Origin: Cirrosporium novae-zelandiae
Taxonomy: Eukaryota
DNA length: 64,000 nucleotides
Direction: 5' to 3'
Assembly: GCA_026023565.1 (NCBI GenBank)
Contig: JAPETS010000054.1
Span: 62,001-126,000 of the forward strand
Shown here: in pieces, positions 60,836 to 64,000 of the stretch
Layout: every line of letters starts with the position of its first letter
How positions within the stretch are numbered: position 1 is the stretch's first letter
The notes under the pieces: model-generated
The model's input: only the letters and a program-made list of their open reading frames with translations
What the model was told of the DNA's origin: nothing
The model's database searches: none
Made by a program: the position numbers and the translations under genes

Positions 60836-62219
60836 GCACCTTGAGTGTCTGTAGCTTCAAGTTAGCTTTTCCCCCAAGTAATGCACGTTGTTGAAAGCTA
60901 CTTGACTATAGACAACTAGTGTGATTTATTTGAAGGAAGTAGAATACTATAATTGGTGAAGAAAAGGAATCCATTTCTGCTCCCTCCATATCTTCGCTTG
61001 AATATACAAAGCCAGCTTTGATCGCATTTGCATCTCTTAATCCTATATTTTATGGCCCTGATAGTAATTATATATCAACCATGCAACCTATAAAGCCTAC
61101 GGGATAGCCACAGCTATTGGTATTAAGATATTACCAGCCATCTCTAGATACATTTTCGGAAATTCCGAAAATATTGTTCCTACCAGTGGAGTAAATGCCT
61201 CTTATTCGATTAGCGTTGCTGACAGAGGAGACCCAATTTTTAGAAGTCTGCAGAGGTATTACATCATTAGGAGATCATGTCAATGCATATCGTTGAACTT
61301 GTAGCTCAAATCTCAATAGTTCAATACTTTACGCTGGCTGCAACTCATTATCGAATGGGTATATTTTGGACAAAACCGTCTTTTCTTTCACTCTCGTTCG
61401 CTTCTAAAAGCTTTGCGCCGGTATCTCTTGTTGTTTCTTCAATTTAAATCCTTAAAGATTTGCAGCGACAACATCCAAAATGAAATTCCTAGTGGAAGCC
61501 CAAGTAAAAGGCCAGCTTCCAGCGTTGCGGGAATCAAAGACCTCTTCGTTCCCAATTGGACTAGGCAAAACCAATGTAGGTTCGACTTTTGGGAACATTG
61601 TATGATTACAATTGGTCTTGGAAGGAGGCTATCCTACCCGAAATTAAATCGATGATTGTTGACATTTACCTGTCATCGGATGAAATTCTTTTAGGCAGAG
61701 CAACATTTGAACTGTCCAAGGACCTGTTGCTAATGGGGTGAGTTCGGAAATTCTAGAAATAGGTAATTGAAGGCAGAATACTAAAATTGTGCACTAATTT
61801 AGCAGAGAAAAAACTTGCCTGCTTTAAATGCTACGAGGTAAATAACTAAGAAGACTGGGAAGCCATTCATACGGTTGTGGGAACATATATGTAGCACTCG
61901 GAATGCAGGAAGCTGAGAGGCCGCTCTGCTCCGAATATACATACCTCAACAATTCGTGTCATGATTGTAGGTGTACACAATAAAATCATCGAGTATGTTG
62001 CCATTTGTTGGACAGTATCCGTTAATGGCTTAGGGCAGATATTGTCATCTGATTTCGCTACCGAGGCGTGTTAGAAATCGCGTCACTCAACTTCAATAAG
62101 TCATTAGCTTCTTCGTGATATCGTCTGGTCTTGCTTCCTCAAATTGCCATCGCGAAATTTCAGTTACTTAGCTTCTAACAGACACTATTCCTCTCAACAG
62201 CTGAGCACAACTCCAAACC

Positions 62220-63956
62220 ATGTCTAATGCTCCAAAGCTTGAAAAGTTTGTCCGACGTCATTCTCCACCCTTATTACCGAGTCGACCTCAAAGTGCTACC
62301 TTCAATGCTGTTACTTCATCCCCCACCCGAGCCATCTCCCGAGACCGAGCACTAATTGCTCAGAACGCCCGCATTCAAGTTCCTCCTGTAAACCCTCCCG
62401 TCAGCAACCTAGATAGACCCCGATCTGTCCCGCAAGATCGGACTTCAGGATATCTACCATCGCAGGCGAACACACAAGCAAAGACGTCATTTGAACCTGG
62501 TCCAGCCAAGCAGGAGAGCTTTTCTAATATAAACCATGGGATATTTGATACGGATGCTTCAGGAATTGATGAAACCACGAGTTCGTTGAATGGCCTGCAA
62601 GTTAGAGACGCACTGTTAAGTGCAAACCGTGGATATGACAGCATAAACCCAGATAATGATGGGGAGGCGCATGGAGATTATGGCCCCCAAGAAGGCATGA
62701 GTGAAGATTTCGGTGAGGCTGGATCAGACCAGGGGGAAGTCCTACATGAAGAAGAAGAGTCCGATGGGTATGGTGACTTCGAGACTCGACCAAGAATCAA
62801 CCCAGACGTCCTCGCGTCGCTGAACAAGGAGATAGCGCAGAATAAAAAGAGATTAAGGGTGGAGCAGTCTAATCTTGTAAGGAAGCATGGGACTCCGGCT
62901 GAGCCTGCTTTTCCTGGTGAGGCTTACTTCCCCCAAGAAATTTACGGTACGCACTGGAATGTTTCTACCAGACAAGGGTTTGTGCCTCAAGGTGCATCTA
63001 TCCCAGCTCAGCGCAAGCCATGGCCCCCTTCTTCTAAGGGATATGAGAGCGAAGATGATAGGAAAAGCATGATGCAGAACAACCAGCAATCCCAAACCAC
63101 CACACGACCACGCCACCAGCCAAGTAACTCCCAACAGCTTAAAAGGTCCGGTCCAGTCCCTCTAACCAAAGTTCAGGGTTCTCATCACTTGCAAGTACAA
63201 GAACCACAAATACACAAACCCAAGCCTCAAAGGAAGGTCCAGATCCAGAGCAAACCGCATGAACATGCTAAGCAAGAACCTACTTTCCAACGTCTTCCAG
63301 CTCCTCCTGCCAAACAATTGCCACATCCTCATGCAGTTCCTTCTCGCAGTAACACTCCCATCATCCCGGCCGATGTCAAACCAATATCTACTCTTCTTGC
63401 AGCCAGCGACCTTAATTCCACTTCCACTTCTCCGACCTCGCCAATATTAGACGAAACTCAACTTCAAGAAGACGATGTTATCATCCAACAACCTCCCAAG
63501 CGTCGCCTTTCTCTCGATTATCCCCTTGAGAAACTATCCGTATTAAATCCCAACGACGTATTTCACCAATCATTCGACCATGTTCCTGCAATCACACAAT
63601 CTCGCCCTCCACCCTCTCCATCACCTAACAAATTTCCATTCACTTATGATCCAAGCGCACCCCCAACTTTTCTCCCCAATCTTACACAGCTCTCTGCATC
63701 CGATCTGCCCCCATTTTTCTCCACGCTTCCTCTTGGGTCCTGGCAAGCTACCGGTGACTGGCTGCTGGAACGACTTGGACAGGTAGTAAAGGAAATGGAC
63801 AACGCTCGGCAGGAAAGAAGGAACGTCGCTGACCAATTTGAGAAGGAGATTGAAGACAGATACAAGAAAGTTGAGGCCGCAAGGGAAGACGTGGAAGAAA
63901 GAATGGGGAGAATGAAGAAGGGGGGATTGGAGGTGCTGAACGAGAAATCGAAATAG
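62220..63956 (+). CDS. ECM11 C-terminal domain-containing protein (long disordered N-terminus)
   Basis: 578-aa ORF. Its C-terminal 'FFSTLPLGSWQATGDWLLERL…ARQERR…FEKEI…MKKGGLEVL' coiled-coil region matches the recalled ECM11-domain pattern. Confidence 0.75.
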   Translation: MSNAPKLEKFVRRHSPPLLPSRPQSATFNAVTSSPTRAISRDRALIAQNARIQVPPVNPPVSNLDRPRSVPQDRTSGYLPSQANTQAKTSFEPGPAKQESFSNINHGIFDTDASGIDETTSSLNGLQVRDALLSANRGYDSINPDNDGEAHGDYGPQEGMSEDFGEAGSDQGEVLHEEEESDGYGDFETRPRINPDVLASLNKEIAQNKKRLRVEQSNLVRKHGTPAEPAFPGEAYFPQEIYGTHWNVSTRQGFVPQGASIPAQRKPWPPSSKGYESEDDRKSMMQNNQQSQTTTRPRHQPSNSQQLKRSGPVPLTKVQGSHHLQVQEPQIHKPKPQRKVQIQSKPHEHAKQEPTFQRLPAPPAKQLPHPHAVPSRSNTPIIPADVKPISTLLAASDLNSTSTSPTSPILDETQLQEDDVIIQQPPKRRLSLDYPLEKLSVLNPNDVFHQSFDHVPAITQSRPPPSPSPNKFPFTYDPSAPPTFLPNLTQLSASDLPPFFSTLPLGSWQATGDWLLERLGQVVKEMDNARQERRNVADQFEKEIEDRYKKVEAAREDVEERMGRMKKGGLEVLNEKSK

Positions 63957-64000
63957 GAGCTCAGCAGTGCAAAGTATTGGGGCGAGGCGAAGTATTGGAG

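Overview
Gene-dense, intron-containing DNA from a filamentous ascomycete (Pezizomycotina-like; GT..AG introns with CTRAC branch sites). Both ends carry mostly conserved genes. The left end has a DUF1275 membrane protein, an amidohydrolase-2 decarboxylase, glucosidase II beta, a conserved uncharacterised membrane protein, mitochondrial bS21, SNU71/RBM25 and L-galactonate dehydratase. The right end has a TMT1-like methyltransferase, a Rad4/XPC-family gene and an ECM11-domain gene. Between them (~13.5-55.9 kb) lies an accessory-looking block with four parts. (i) A decay zone holds a broken PNP_UDP-NACHT NLR, a second relic gene, a GMC oxidoreductase with one nonsense codon and an SRPK-like kinase relic, many with RIP-context G>A changes. 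(ii) An intact five-gene carbohydrate/cyclitol-type cluster holds an atypical secreted GH3, a Zn2Cys6 regulator, two divergent Gfo/Idh/MocA dehydrogenases and a sugar porter, and their promoters share a YCCGCAW motif. (iii) An AT-rich spacer follows. (iv) An intact ~3,100-aa DUF6606/DUF3638/DUF3645 P-loop protein ends the block. No rRNA, tRNA, CRISPR array or transposase/tyrosine recombinase was recognised. Exon boundaries were inferred by eye and family names come from recalled motifs, not database searches.
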